DNA of 64,000 bases from a virus. Lineage: Duplodnaviria > Caudoviricetes. The notes below the pieces were generated by a model. It was not told the DNA's origin and did no database searches. It saw only the letters and a list, made by a program, of their open reading frames with translations. The stretch lies in IMG/VR virus record IMGVR_UViG_3300026549_000062, positions 1 to 64,000 of that record. One strand, given 5' to 3'. Both the position numbers and the translations under genes were made by a program. Positions 39,581-48,150 of the stretch are shown here, piece after piece (position 1 is the stretch's first letter; each line of letters opens with the position of its first letter).

Positions 39581-39778
39581 ATGTTATTCATATTTTGTTT
39601 ACTATCTTTTAGTATTGGTATTAAATATGGAATGCTTAAAAGTTTAAAAGAAGAAGAGAACGCTAAACCATCTTTTATTCTAAGAATTCTATATTCATTA
39701 GTACCTGCTATGAAAGTTTATATTATTTACCAAATCTATTTATTCATTACTAAATTAAAAATTATATTTGGAATCTAA
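39581..39778 (+). CDS. Small early membrane protein
   Basis: Early promoter ~39537; AAGGAGG RBS; two hydrophobic segments. Confidence 0.7.
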   Translation: MLFIFCLLSFSIGIKYGMLKSLKEEENAKPSFILRILYSLVPAMKVYIIYQIYLFITKLKIIFGI

Positions 39779-39791
39779 GGAGCATTTTACT

Positions 39792-39959
39792 ATGAATCTT
39801 TCTGAATTGGACCATATAATCAAATACGTCATTTCCAATCCATCTCTTAATAGAGATGGATTTGTTCGTCTGCTAAATAAGATTAGTAAATACTATGATG
39901 ATATGAAATTACTAAAATATTCTACTCCAATGGAGGTATATAATGATTTAATCCATTAA
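39792..39959 (+). CDS. Small hypothetical protein
   Basis: AAGGAG RBS before ATG 39792; terminator 39974-40009. Confidence 0.65.
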   Translation: MNLSELDHIIKYVISNPSLNRDGFVRLLNKISKYYDDMKLLKYSTPMEVYNDLIH

Positions 39960-39973
39960 AAACACAAAGGAGT

Positions 39974-40162
39974 ATGCAGGATGGAACCGAACCCATCCTG
40001 CATTTTTTGGAAATGAACTCAAGAAAAAGAAGACAGAAAATAGGATACTTTTAAAATATAGTGTATGTGGAAGGAGGACTATATTGCATAATATAACCCA
40101 TGCCAAATTATATTATGCTACGGAAATAAGACGGAAAATTATTTCCTTAAAAATATCCTATT
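39974..40162 (-). ncRNA. Candidate late sRNA F with an anti-Shine-Dalgarno loop
   Basis: Late motif AACAATATAGTA at 40162-40173 (minus) with no downstream gene; three tandem hairpins, one loop CCTCCTTCCACATAC. Confidence 0.45.
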
Positions 40163-40182
40163 ACTATATTGTTCCGGGATAT

Positions 40183-41475
40183 TTATTTTCTAACAGCATA
40201 ACACTTTTCCATATATTCTTTACTGTCATCATCTGTAGTGGATGATGACGTATTATCTGTCTGCAAAGACATAGCATAATCTTTTATTATATACATAAGA
40301 ATTGGTATTTCATAAAATAGATCTTTAGAATATCTATAATTGAGATTTATAAGATTATCTATTTCCACATCATTTACAGAGAAATCTTCATTATTCATAT
40401 AATTGATAATGATATTTCTATATATAGGATTCTTTATATCATCTTCATCATAAGGCAAATTATTTTGTATTCTATCAAATAGATCATTATCTAACCAATT
40501 TATAGGATGCTGGAGTGAATGATGAAGATTTATAGACAATTCAAAATAATCTTCCATTCTATCTACTAATAGACTATTTGGATCGTGAACAGGAACTGGA
40601 TAGCAGCTATTAGTATGAAGTAATGGTTCTTTATTTTCCACATCTCTAAATATTGTATGATCATACTCTATTGCAAATGTAGATGGGATATGAACTGCTT
40701 GAGATACGTAGAGATATGATTCATCATCTGTTACATAGAGTCTATTACGTATAATAAACTCTGTTAAATATGGATCATATATAAACATATCTAAATATCC
40801 ATATATGAATGCTTGTACATTTCTTCTATAAAATAGATTCATATAGTAAGACTTTAGAGTGCTATATATAGAATCTAATTTAGAAATTAACTGTGCATCA
40901 GACGATTCTAGTAATGCTATAAAGTTAGATCCAGCATTAGACGGTATATATTCGTATTCTTTAACAAGTTGACGATTATTTAGAGACTCTAAATAATCTT
41001 CTCTTGTATTGTCTAGTACAAAGTCTATTTTATAAAAATTAGCACCGGATTCTATTGTATCATTTGATACTTTGTTTACTCTAAACAATAATGACTTATC
41101 TTTAGCATAAGTAATTGTAAAATAATCATCTGGAAATGGTATTAAAGTATTTGGTAATATTAAAGCTTCTCCTTGAAGAGGAGAGGATTCTATACCATAT
41201 TCTTCTAGATTAAGATCTACTATAAAACGCGGAATACCATATAATTGGAAGTTGTTTATCTTATTATATCTTAATGGAGACTTTTCTCCTAATTGATCGT
41301 AAGTTGTCTTAGATCCTTGATCTAAAGTTGACTTCTTCGTGTTTATATTCCAGTATGTAACGGTAGTAGGTTTCTTATCAGAAAACTTATAATAAGGATT
41401 ATCTAATCTATTTTGAAGTCCAGTAACAAGACTATCTACAGTAGTCCTATAGGTTGTATTAGTGAAGTTGCCCAA
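40183..41475 (-). CDS. Virion structural protein, possibly head-closure (gp14-like) N-domain
   Basis: Late motif 41503-41514; beta-barrel-like segment ALILPNTLIPFPDDYFTI...LLFRVNKV...FYKIDF. Confidence 0.5.
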   Translation of the reverse strand: MGNFTNTTYRTTVDSLVTGLQNRLDNPYYKFSDKKPTTVTYWNINTKKSTLDQGSKTTYDQLGEKSPLRYNKINNFQLYGIPRFIVDLNLEEYGIESSPLQGEALILPNTLIPFPDDYFTITYAKDKSLLFRVNKVSNDTIESGANFYKIDFVLDNTREDYLESLNNRQLVKEYEYIPSNAGSNFIALLESSDAQLISKLDSIYSTLKSYYMNLFYRRNVQAFIYGYLDMFIYDPYLTEFIIRNRLYVTDDESYLYVSQAVHIPSTFAIEYDHTIFRDVENKEPLLHTNSCYPVPVHDPNSLLVDRMEDYFELSINLHHSLQHPINWLDNDLFDRIQNNLPYDEDDIKNPIYRNIIINYMNNEDFSVNDVEIDNLINLNYRYSKDLFYEIPILMYIIKDYAMSLQTDNTSSSTTDDDSKEYMEKCYAVRK

Positions 41476-41540
41476 CGTATTTCTCTCCTTCCATATTTCT
41501 ATTAACTAGATGTGGAAGAAAGCTATTAAGGAGGATATTC

Positions 41541-42188
41541 ATGGTATACTATGTGTTAAAAGAAATCAAAAACAATAAGTTTAAAAATGTTGCGTTCTTT
41601 AAAGATAGAGAAGAAGCTGAGAAGTTAAGAGACAAATTAGAAAATATATCTATAAATGGTTCTGATTGGTGGTATGAAACTGATAAAAAGAATCATATTG
41701 ACCATTCTGTATTAAGGGGACAAAATATAACTTATTATAAAATCGAATGTGAAGGATTTAATTTGTTAAATAGTGCTGATGATTATGTAATTGAAGAACA
41801 AAAAGATTCTAAAGAAAAGTACAAATATTTATTAATTAATATTTATGCTTTAAGATCAGAGAAAGATAAAAATGAATTTGAATTAGATATGTATTCTGAA
41901 AGATGTGAAGAGATTGAGCATAATTATATGATTAAGAGAGTTACAGAGCAGGATATTTCTCTGTTTGGTATAGATATAACTAGAAGATGCCTGATGTATT
42001 CGGATGCTATTGATGTTAGAGATATCAAAACATTTAATGAATTAGATAAGAAAGTATCAAATATAGTAGATGAAGGGCAAGCGCACCTTACTTTAGCTAT
42101 ATCAAGACGTTATCACTCTAAAAATATTATCAATCTTATTGATACCCAAAAGATGTTGTATACTAAATATGATTATATAGATGATTGA
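41541..42188 (+). CDS. Accessory protein, 'Y-v-l...F.d.eeAe' family
   Basis: N-terminus MVYYVLK...AFFKDREEAEKLRDKLENISING.DWWYETD nearly collinear with 42274. Confidence 0.75.
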   Translation: MVYYVLKEIKNNKFKNVAFFKDREEAEKLRDKLENISINGSDWWYETDKKNHIDHSVLRGQNITYYKIECEGFNLLNSADDYVIEEQKDSKEKYKYLLINIYALRSEKDKNEFELDMYSERCEEIEHNYMIKRVTEQDISLFGIDITRRCLMYSDAIDVRDIKTFNELDKKVSNIVDEGQAHLTLAISRRYHSKNIINLIDTQKMLYTKYDYIDD

Positions 42189-42273
42189 TTAAATTTAAAA
42201 AATACTAAAAATGTATGAATAAAAATATATCTATTGTCTAAATGGAAACAAAACTATCTAGGAGAAAATAACC

Positions 42274-42693
42274 TTGAAAGTATTTGTGTTAAAAAAGACT
42301 GTAAATAATAAAGAAGAAATTATAGCACTTTTTAGAAATAAAGAGGAAGCGCAAAAATTAAAAAATAGATTAGAATTTATTTCTATCAATGATCCTAATT
42401 GGTGGTATGAAACAGATGCTCTTTATAGTAAATGTGGAGGGAAAACTGATAAATTAAATTTTATGTATAGTAGAAATATTCCATATTATAAAATTGAGGA
42501 TAAAGAATATACATTATTTGACGATGCTGATGATTATACTACTGGAGATATTAAAATTTGCCCTTCTAAAAAATTTCTAATTATTTACGTAATTGCTGTT
42601 AAAGATAAAGTAGAAAAAATTTCTCATACCATTTTCAAAGGGTATAATATAAAAGAAATAAAATTGATAAGAGATTATGATGATTTAGATTAA
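42274..42693 (+). CDS. Accessory protein, paralog of 41541 (shorter)
   Basis: MKVFVLK...ALFRNKEEAQKLKNRLEFISINDPNWWYETD; TTG start with AGGAG RBS. Confidence 0.7.
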   Translation: MKVFVLKKTVNNKEEIIALFRNKEEAQKLKNRLEFISINDPNWWYETDALYSKCGGKTDKLNFMYSRNIPYYKIEDKEYTLFDDADDYTTGDIKICPSKKFLIIYVIAVKDKVEKISHTIFKGYNIKEIKLIRDYDDLD

Positions 42694-42888
42694 GAGGAAA
42701 ATATATAATGGAATATTCATTAAGAAAAAGATAACAAAAGATAGAAAGACCGGTAAAATATTATTTAGAGAAGATCTGCCAAATAAATATGCAGATATAA
42801 GAATGGGAAGAACGTAAAGAAAAGATATGGAATTCCATGGAAGCTAAAGTGAAAGAATACGAAGAGTATGTAAAGAGGAGGTCTAATA

Positions 42889-43512
42889 ATGAAGATATAT
42901 AATCTTGTAAGATATGTATTGGAAGAAAAAATTAAACATAATGAAGATGAAAGCAATGAGTTTTCATCTATTGCAGACTATTTTAATTCTCACACTATAA
43001 TTAAAGAAAGAACAATTATTAAGTCGTTTAAAGATTTATCTTTAGCGCAAAGATATTTAGACTATATAAATTTTAGAGATTTATATATGAATTTTGATGA
43101 TTCATATAGTTATCAGATAGAAGAAATAGATCTAGATAAGGAAGATGAAGAAAACAAAATGGAATATTGTTGTTTTCTAGATAATAGTAAAGTGATTAAA
43201 GAAGTTCTTGTAGAATGCGTTATCAGAGTAGATGATATGGATTATAACCAGGTAAATGTGTTAAAATATTTTGTTTGTCCTCCCAAGTACTATAATGGTA
43301 CTAATATGAAAATAGATAAACCATATACAGAAAATTGTATGGATGGTTATACAGACTATTGTTACAATTTCATTATTAAATATAATTTTAAAGAAGATAT
43401 TAAAGACTTTGTAAAGAGACTTGAAGATAAATGTAAAGAAATTATTGATAAACACTTTAAAGATCTAGATGTAAAACGTATTGAATTTGCTAGATATGAG
43501 GATGAATTGTAA
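42889..43512 (+). CDS. Accessory protein, same N-terminal family
   Basis: MKIYNLV...IIKSFKDLSLAQRY...YQIEEIDLD; GAGGAGG RBS. Confidence 0.75.
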   Translation: MKIYNLVRYVLEEKIKHNEDESNEFSSIADYFNSHTIIKERTIIKSFKDLSLAQRYLDYINFRDLYMNFDDSYSYQIEEIDLDKEDEENKMEYCCFLDNSKVIKEVLVECVIRVDDMDYNQVNVLKYFVCPPKYYNGTNMKIDKPYTENCMDGYTDYCYNFIIKYNFKEDIKDFVKRLEDKCKEIIDKHFKDLDVKRIEFARYEDEL

Positions 43513-43598
43513 AAATCTTTCCATTTATATACTATATATTTGATACCATATGTAATATGGTAAAGACTATTCATATTATATACTAAGGAGAAATTAAA

Positions 43599-43904
43599 AT
43601 AAAAGAATATCAGGCACGTAAATGCAAAGAAAATAATTCAAAAAATTATATTGTAGAATGTGTATTTGATATTGACCAGATGATTTTCTACAATAAACCT
43701 AATGTATTAGGTTTTATGGTTAAGGAAATTAAAGATGAAGAATTAGAGAATTATACTATTAGCAAAATATACCAACAGGGTAATTACGTGAAATATAACT
43801 TCAATGGTACTTATCCATTAGATATTCGATTAAAAGATGTATTATTGTTTATTGAAAAAGACGTAAAACAAATTGCTAAGGATAAATTTAAAAATAATAA
43901 ATAG
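43599..43904 (+). CDS. Hypothetical early protein, probable ATA start
   Basis: AAGGAG RBS 8 nt before an in-frame ATA; frame open to the track ORF (43680); early promoter 43508-43540. Confidence 0.55.
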   Translation: MKEYQARKCKENNSKNYIVECVFDIDQMIFYNKPNVLGFMVKEIKDEELENYTISKIYQQGNYVKYNFNGTYPLDIRLKDVLLFIEKDVKQIAKDKFKNNK

Positions 43905-43919
43905 AAAGGTTTGGGATAT

Positions 43920-44192
43920 ATGATATTTAGAATTAAAAGTGCAAAGAAACCATATTGTCGTAATGATGATGAATTATATAATAGTTTAATTTCAGAATAT
44001 CCTATTTTAAAGAAATATAACTTTAGAAAAACTGAAAATGAAACATTTGGAGATTATTTACTTATAAATATAGAAGATTTAGAAAGCTTTTTAAAATTCC
44101 AAGAGGAATTAAAAGAAGATATTATTTATAAAGGAAAATTTGAGGATGAAGATTATCCTACTTTGGTTATTTATGACGATTATGTAGAATAA
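43920..44192 (+). CDS. Small hypothetical protein
   Basis: ORF ending LVIYDDYVE. Confidence 0.7.
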   Translation: MIFRIKSAKKPYCRNDDELYNSLISEYPILKKYNFRKTENETFGDYLLINIEDLESFLKFQEELKEDIIYKGKFEDEDYPTLVIYDDYVE

Positions 44193-44202
44193 AATATATT
44201 AT

Positions 44203-44703
44203 ATGGGTATGGATATAAATCCATACCCATATAATATTTCTAGAGAAAAGGAGAAGAAAATGATTCATAAGATATTCAGTAATAAAATTAAAGGTGTAAA
44301 AAATGGAGAATACAATATAGTGCATTTGTTCTTGCATGATCATATGATGAGGATTATCTTTCCTCCATGTTTTAAAAAGCAAGTAATAAATATTGTTGGT
44401 AATTATGGATTTTATGTAGGGTTTAGATGTAAAAGACCAATTGGAAAGAAGCTTAGCGAATATATTGAAGATCAAATCTATGATGGGCTAGAAGAAATTG
44501 ATAATGATGGTATCAATATCTATATCTACATTGTAGAAGATAAAGATGAAATAAATAAAACTAGAAATGAAATGAGAAAAGCAGATTTTGAGAGAAAGAA
44601 TAAAGACTTATTAAAAGAATGCAATTACAAGTATAAGCAATGTAAATTAAAAGGCCCTATCAAAGGAGATTATAAAGGGCTTTTATTCAGCAAAGATAAA
44701 TAA
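44203..44703 (+). CDS. Hypothetical protein
   Basis: 166 aa ORF in the accessory operon; true start may be 44260 (AAGGAG RBS). Confidence 0.65.
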   Translation: MGMDINPYPYNISREKEKKMIHKIFSNKIKGVKNGEYNIVHLFLHDHMMRIIFPPCFKKQVINIVGNYGFYVGFRCKRPIGKKLSEYIEDQIYDGLEEIDNDGINIYIYIVEDKDEINKTRNEMRKADFERKNKDLLKECNYKYKQCKLKGPIKGDYKGLLFSKDK

Positions 44704-44714
44704 AGGAGGAAATT

Positions 44715-45383
44715 ATGTATACAGTTATAAAGAAACAAGAATACGAAAAAGATGAAATTTTAAAAACTTTTGATACAAAAGAAGAAGCAGAAGAATATAA
44801 AGATTATTATGAAAGACTGCATTTTGATTATATACTAGATAGAGATAGTTGCTATGATAGAACAGAAGTATTCGTTGTACAAGAAAAGAAACCTACAGAT
44901 AAAAATATTTATAAACCTAAATTTGTAAATAGTATTATGAACGTTTCGATTAAATTAAGTGAAAGAATTAATAGCGAACCATTTCTTATTATCGAAATTA
45001 ATATTGATAAAACACGAGATAGTGAAAATATGGTTGATACCGAAAAAGTATTTGAAAATGACGGTAAATTTGCTTGTTGTTCGTTTATTAGGTATAGTAA
45101 AAATATGAATTTTATAGATTATTGCAGATTAGCGCGGGAAGAATTCTTTAAGAACGTAACAAAGATTTTCTGTGAAATGAATGATAATTTAGAAGATTTT
45201 GGACTTGTTAAATTGGCATGTATTAATAGTGGAACAATTATGTGTATAGAAAGAGAAACAAATTTATTCTATGAAAAATATTTAGATAATGTAAAAGATA
45301 TTGATAACAGGATCAAATTAAAATTATTAGATTGCTATAATGAAGCTAATACAAGATTTGGTAGTGAAAGTTATGAATTATGA
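44715..45383 (+). CDS. Accessory protein, same N-terminal family as 41541
   Basis: MYTVIKK...ILKTFDTKEEAEEYKDY; AAGGAGG RBS. Confidence 0.75.
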   Translation: MYTVIKKQEYEKDEILKTFDTKEEAEEYKDYYERLHFDYILDRDSCYDRTEVFVVQEKKPTDKNIYKPKFVNSIMNVSIKLSERINSEPFLIIEINIDKTRDSENMVDTEKVFENDGKFACCSFIRYSKNMNFIDYCRLAREEFFKNVTKIFCEMNDNLEDFGLVKLACINSGTIMCIERETNLFYEKYLDNVKDIDNRIKLKLLDCYNEANTRFGSESYEL

Positions 45384-45583
45384 CAGAAGTATATGATTTT
45401 AAAGATCTTGATTTAGATAAGAAAATAGAAGTATTTATAGATTGTATAAATGATATTAAGAATAATATATAATGGTATCTTAAATGATACCATTATATAT
45501 TTTTGTAAAAAATTTTTATTTTTCATTTACATACTATAGTGGTGAGCATTAGTTATGAGTATTTAACGAAGGAGGTAATAACG

Positions 45584-46009
45584 ATGCTTGATGTTAAAAT
45601 GAAGTACGGGAGAAACTATGATGGCGATGGAAGCACATATTTATCCAGAACGTCTGGAAACGTCAAAGAGACCTTGGTCTGGTTTAATGAATATTCTGAT
45701 ATTGATCAGGAAATCGAAACCCCTCAATGCATGGTAGCAACCATTCCAGTGAACAGAGTGAAGGCTACCTATTATGGTACCAAAAAAGAACTAAAAATCA
45801 TATGCATCAACTTCCATCGGGAAGAGAAAGTGATCAATTTCACTCACGGTGGTTATGACTATTACCCAGTGCCGGACAATCTTATCAGGATTTTCTCTGA
45901 TGGGAAGCTGGTGCACCAGTACTCATTGGGTGGTGATTTCCATCTCACGAAAGAAAAATTTGCAAAGGAGGTGAAAGGAGAACTTAGTTACTTAGTCACA
46001 GAGAAATGA
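45584..46009 (+). CDS. Early hypothetical protein
   Basis: Early promoter 45504-45545; AAGGAGG RBS; terminator 46029-46058. Confidence 0.8.
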   Translation: MLDVKMKYGRNYDGDGSTYLSRTSGNVKETLVWFNEYSDIDQEIETPQCMVATIPVNRVKATYYGTKKELKIICINFHREEKVINFTHGGYDYYPVPDNLIRIFSDGKLVHQYSLGGDFHLTKEKFAKEVKGELSYLVTEK

Positions 46010-46132
46010 TCAACTCAATATCAATTATCCCCGTGGAATTTTCCACGGGGATCTTTTTGTAAAATCTTTGTTTTTTATTTACATACTATAGAAGTGGAGA
46101 AGGTCGATTTCTATTCACAGGAGGATAAAGAA

Positions 46133-46576
46133 ATGAAAGAATTTGCTGACTTCAAAAAAGAGGCCTATCTCTGCCTCTCCGAAATCTTCGGACTCTTCGA
46201 GTTCCTGAGCATGTACAAAAAGATGTACAACATGGACGAGAAGAGCAAACTTCCGGAAGCTTTCGATATCATCATCTGGTTCATCTACAGCAAAAAGGAG
46301 GAGCTGAAGGGGATGAGAAAAGAAAATATGAATTTCACAGACGAATACCACGATCGTTTCTATGCAAAATGCATGAAAGATTCTGAAATCAAACATCTGA
46401 AAAGCATAAAACGTTTCATGGCTGAGTCGGTCAAAATGGAAATCAATTCGTGGGATCTGCAGAAATTGCAGTATACCTATGATCGGCTTCTGGACCGTAT
46501 GCCAAACACTGAGTTCGCAGCAGTTGTAAAGAGGATCGTCATCGACAAACTCTTGGAGAAAGGAGGAAATCTCTAA
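46133..46576 (+). CDS. Early hypothetical protein
   Basis: Early promoter 46057-46095; AGGAGG RBS before ATG 46133. Confidence 0.8.
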   Translation: MKEFADFKKEAYLCLSEIFGLFEFLSMYKKMYNMDEKSKLPEAFDIIIWFIYSKKEELKGMRKENMNFTDEYHDRFYAKCMKDSEIKHLKSIKRFMAESVKMEINSWDLQKLQYTYDRLLDRMPNTEFAAVVKRIVIDKLLEKGGNL

Positions 46577-46710
46577 TCCAAGAAGTTTGTCATCACTACA
46601 GAATCCGGTACTATATAGTACCGGATTTTTATATAAATTTTATTTTATTTACATACTATAATAGTGAGAAGTGTTAACTATATTATTTTATACTATAGGA
46701 GGTATAAATA

Positions 46711-47046
46711 ATGCTGTACGCAAGAAAAGTAGTTGGTCTCTTCAGTATCGAAGATCGTCCTGAATATGTGATATTTAAGGACAAAGAAGATTGTTTTGTA
46801 AAAGGACCAGGATGCGCAAAGAATGCAAAATTCTATACTATGATTGAAACTCACAGAGTAGATAACAAACCAGATTACAGATATGCTGATATTGTGATTC
46901 TCCCAAGCAAAATGGGTTTTCCTGACTATCATCATCCGTTGTATAGGGAAGTGATCAAAGACTCGGAATGCAATGATGGTGTTCTCATTGATAAGACTTC
47001 TAATTATCTCAAAGAAGATATTGAAGTAGTAGACACAAGAAGCTAA
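46711..47046 (+). CDS. Early hypothetical protein
   Basis: Early promoter ~46647; AGGAGG RBS; bidirectional terminator 47071-47096. Confidence 0.75.
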   Translation: MLYARKVVGLFSIEDRPEYVIFKDKEDCFVKGPGCAKNAKFYTMIETHRVDNKPDYRYADIVILPSKMGFPDYHHPLYREVIKDSECNDGVLIDKTSNYLKEDIEVVDTRS

Positions 47047-47103
47047 AAAGAAAATAATTAAATATAAATTCCCCATACTCAATATGAGTATGGGGAATAT
47101 TTT

Positions 47104-48150
47104 TTATACTAATTTATATACATATTCTCTTATATGATTTTTATCTACACCAAAATCTTTTTCTCCGGTAAATGTATTTACATGTACCCATATACTTATC
47201 TCTAAATTTTTAAAAGTTCTTTGTATATTTGGTAGTACATATTTCTTTATATCGTTATCTATGTATATATGAAATTCAGCATTTACTATTCCTAATTCAC
47301 ATATGCAATATTCGATAACCTTCTCATATGTATTACCACCAATACTAATATATACATTATTTTTTCTATTAGCATTTCTAAGATTATAGAATACAGATAA
47401 TATATCAAAAGTTCCTTCTGCTAAATGTATCTGTATCATATCATATAGATTACATAAACTAGGAATGATATAATACCCAAAGAATGGATTATTGTTAAAT
47501 AGTTTATACTTCACATATCTATCACTAATAGACTCTGGAAGTTTAATATCTCCATTAGTTATATTTCTAAATATAATAGAAGAGTTATTGTTTGTTAAGA
47601 AACCAACAAAGTATTTATCCAAACAATTTATAATATATTCGTTTCTAGTAATCTGGTTTATATAGTTATACTTTATAAGATTAGTAAGGCTAAATACTAT
47701 CTTATCCTTTAATAGTTCATCAAAGGATAGATCCAATCCTAAACGCTTACAGATATACTGTCTTTTTAGTTCATCTTCTTTTCTAATGTAAGGAGATACT
47801 TTAAAGTTATACTTACCATTATTCCTAATAGTATATCTAACCCTATTATATTCTCTTTTACTATTAGACTTTAGTTTATCCATTAAATCATCGTTAACTA
47901 AGACAGGATTATCCACTAAAGAGGACAAAGCCTCTTTAGTGAGTAAACCTTTATGGGTAGAATCTTTAAAACAATTGTACTGTGGAGCTCCTTTATATCC
48001 CAAAGATATATACATGTGATGACCATGATCCTCGTGTCCTTCTCTCTTACATAAAGGACAATTAATCATAACCTCAGTCTTAGCCCCATTATCTTTAGCA
48101 TCTGGAAATAAATAGTGTAAATGATTTCTTAGTTCATCTTGAATACTCAT
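47104..48150 (-). CDS. DNA primase (Zn finger plus TOPRIM)
   Basis: INCPLC...H..H..YIS...YNCF zinc-binding domain; TOPRIM HLAEGTFDILSV and YIDND. Confidence 0.85.
   Translation of the reverse strand: MSIQDELRNHLHYLFPDAKDNGAKTEVMINCPLCKREGHEDHGHHMYISLGYKGAPQYNCFKDSTHKGLLTKEALSSLVDNPVLVNDDLMDKLKSNSKREYNRVRYTIRNNGKYNFKVSPYIRKEDELKRQYICKRLGLDLSFDELLKDKIVFSLTNLIKYNYINQITRNEYIINCLDKYFVGFLTNNNSSIIFRNITNGDIKLPESISDRYVKYKLFNNNPFFGYYIIPSLCNLYDMIQIHLAEGTFDILSVFYNLRNANRKNNVYISIGGNTYEKVIEYCICELGIVNAEFHIYIDNDIKKYVLPNIQRTFKNLEISIWVHVNTFTGEKDFGVDKNHIREYVYKLV

Noticed and set aside
42694-42888. Additional gene between 42274 and 42889
   Set aside because: Only short frame-shifted fragments (e.g. EWEERKEKIWNSMEAK) without a clean RBS and start; possibly a decayed tail of 42274, but unsupported
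43902-43920. Stop-codon reassignment (TAG in frame between two ORFs; TAA in 35218)
   Set aside because: All long conserved genes are intact under the standard code with no internal TAG/TGA, and the downstream ORF has its own RBS
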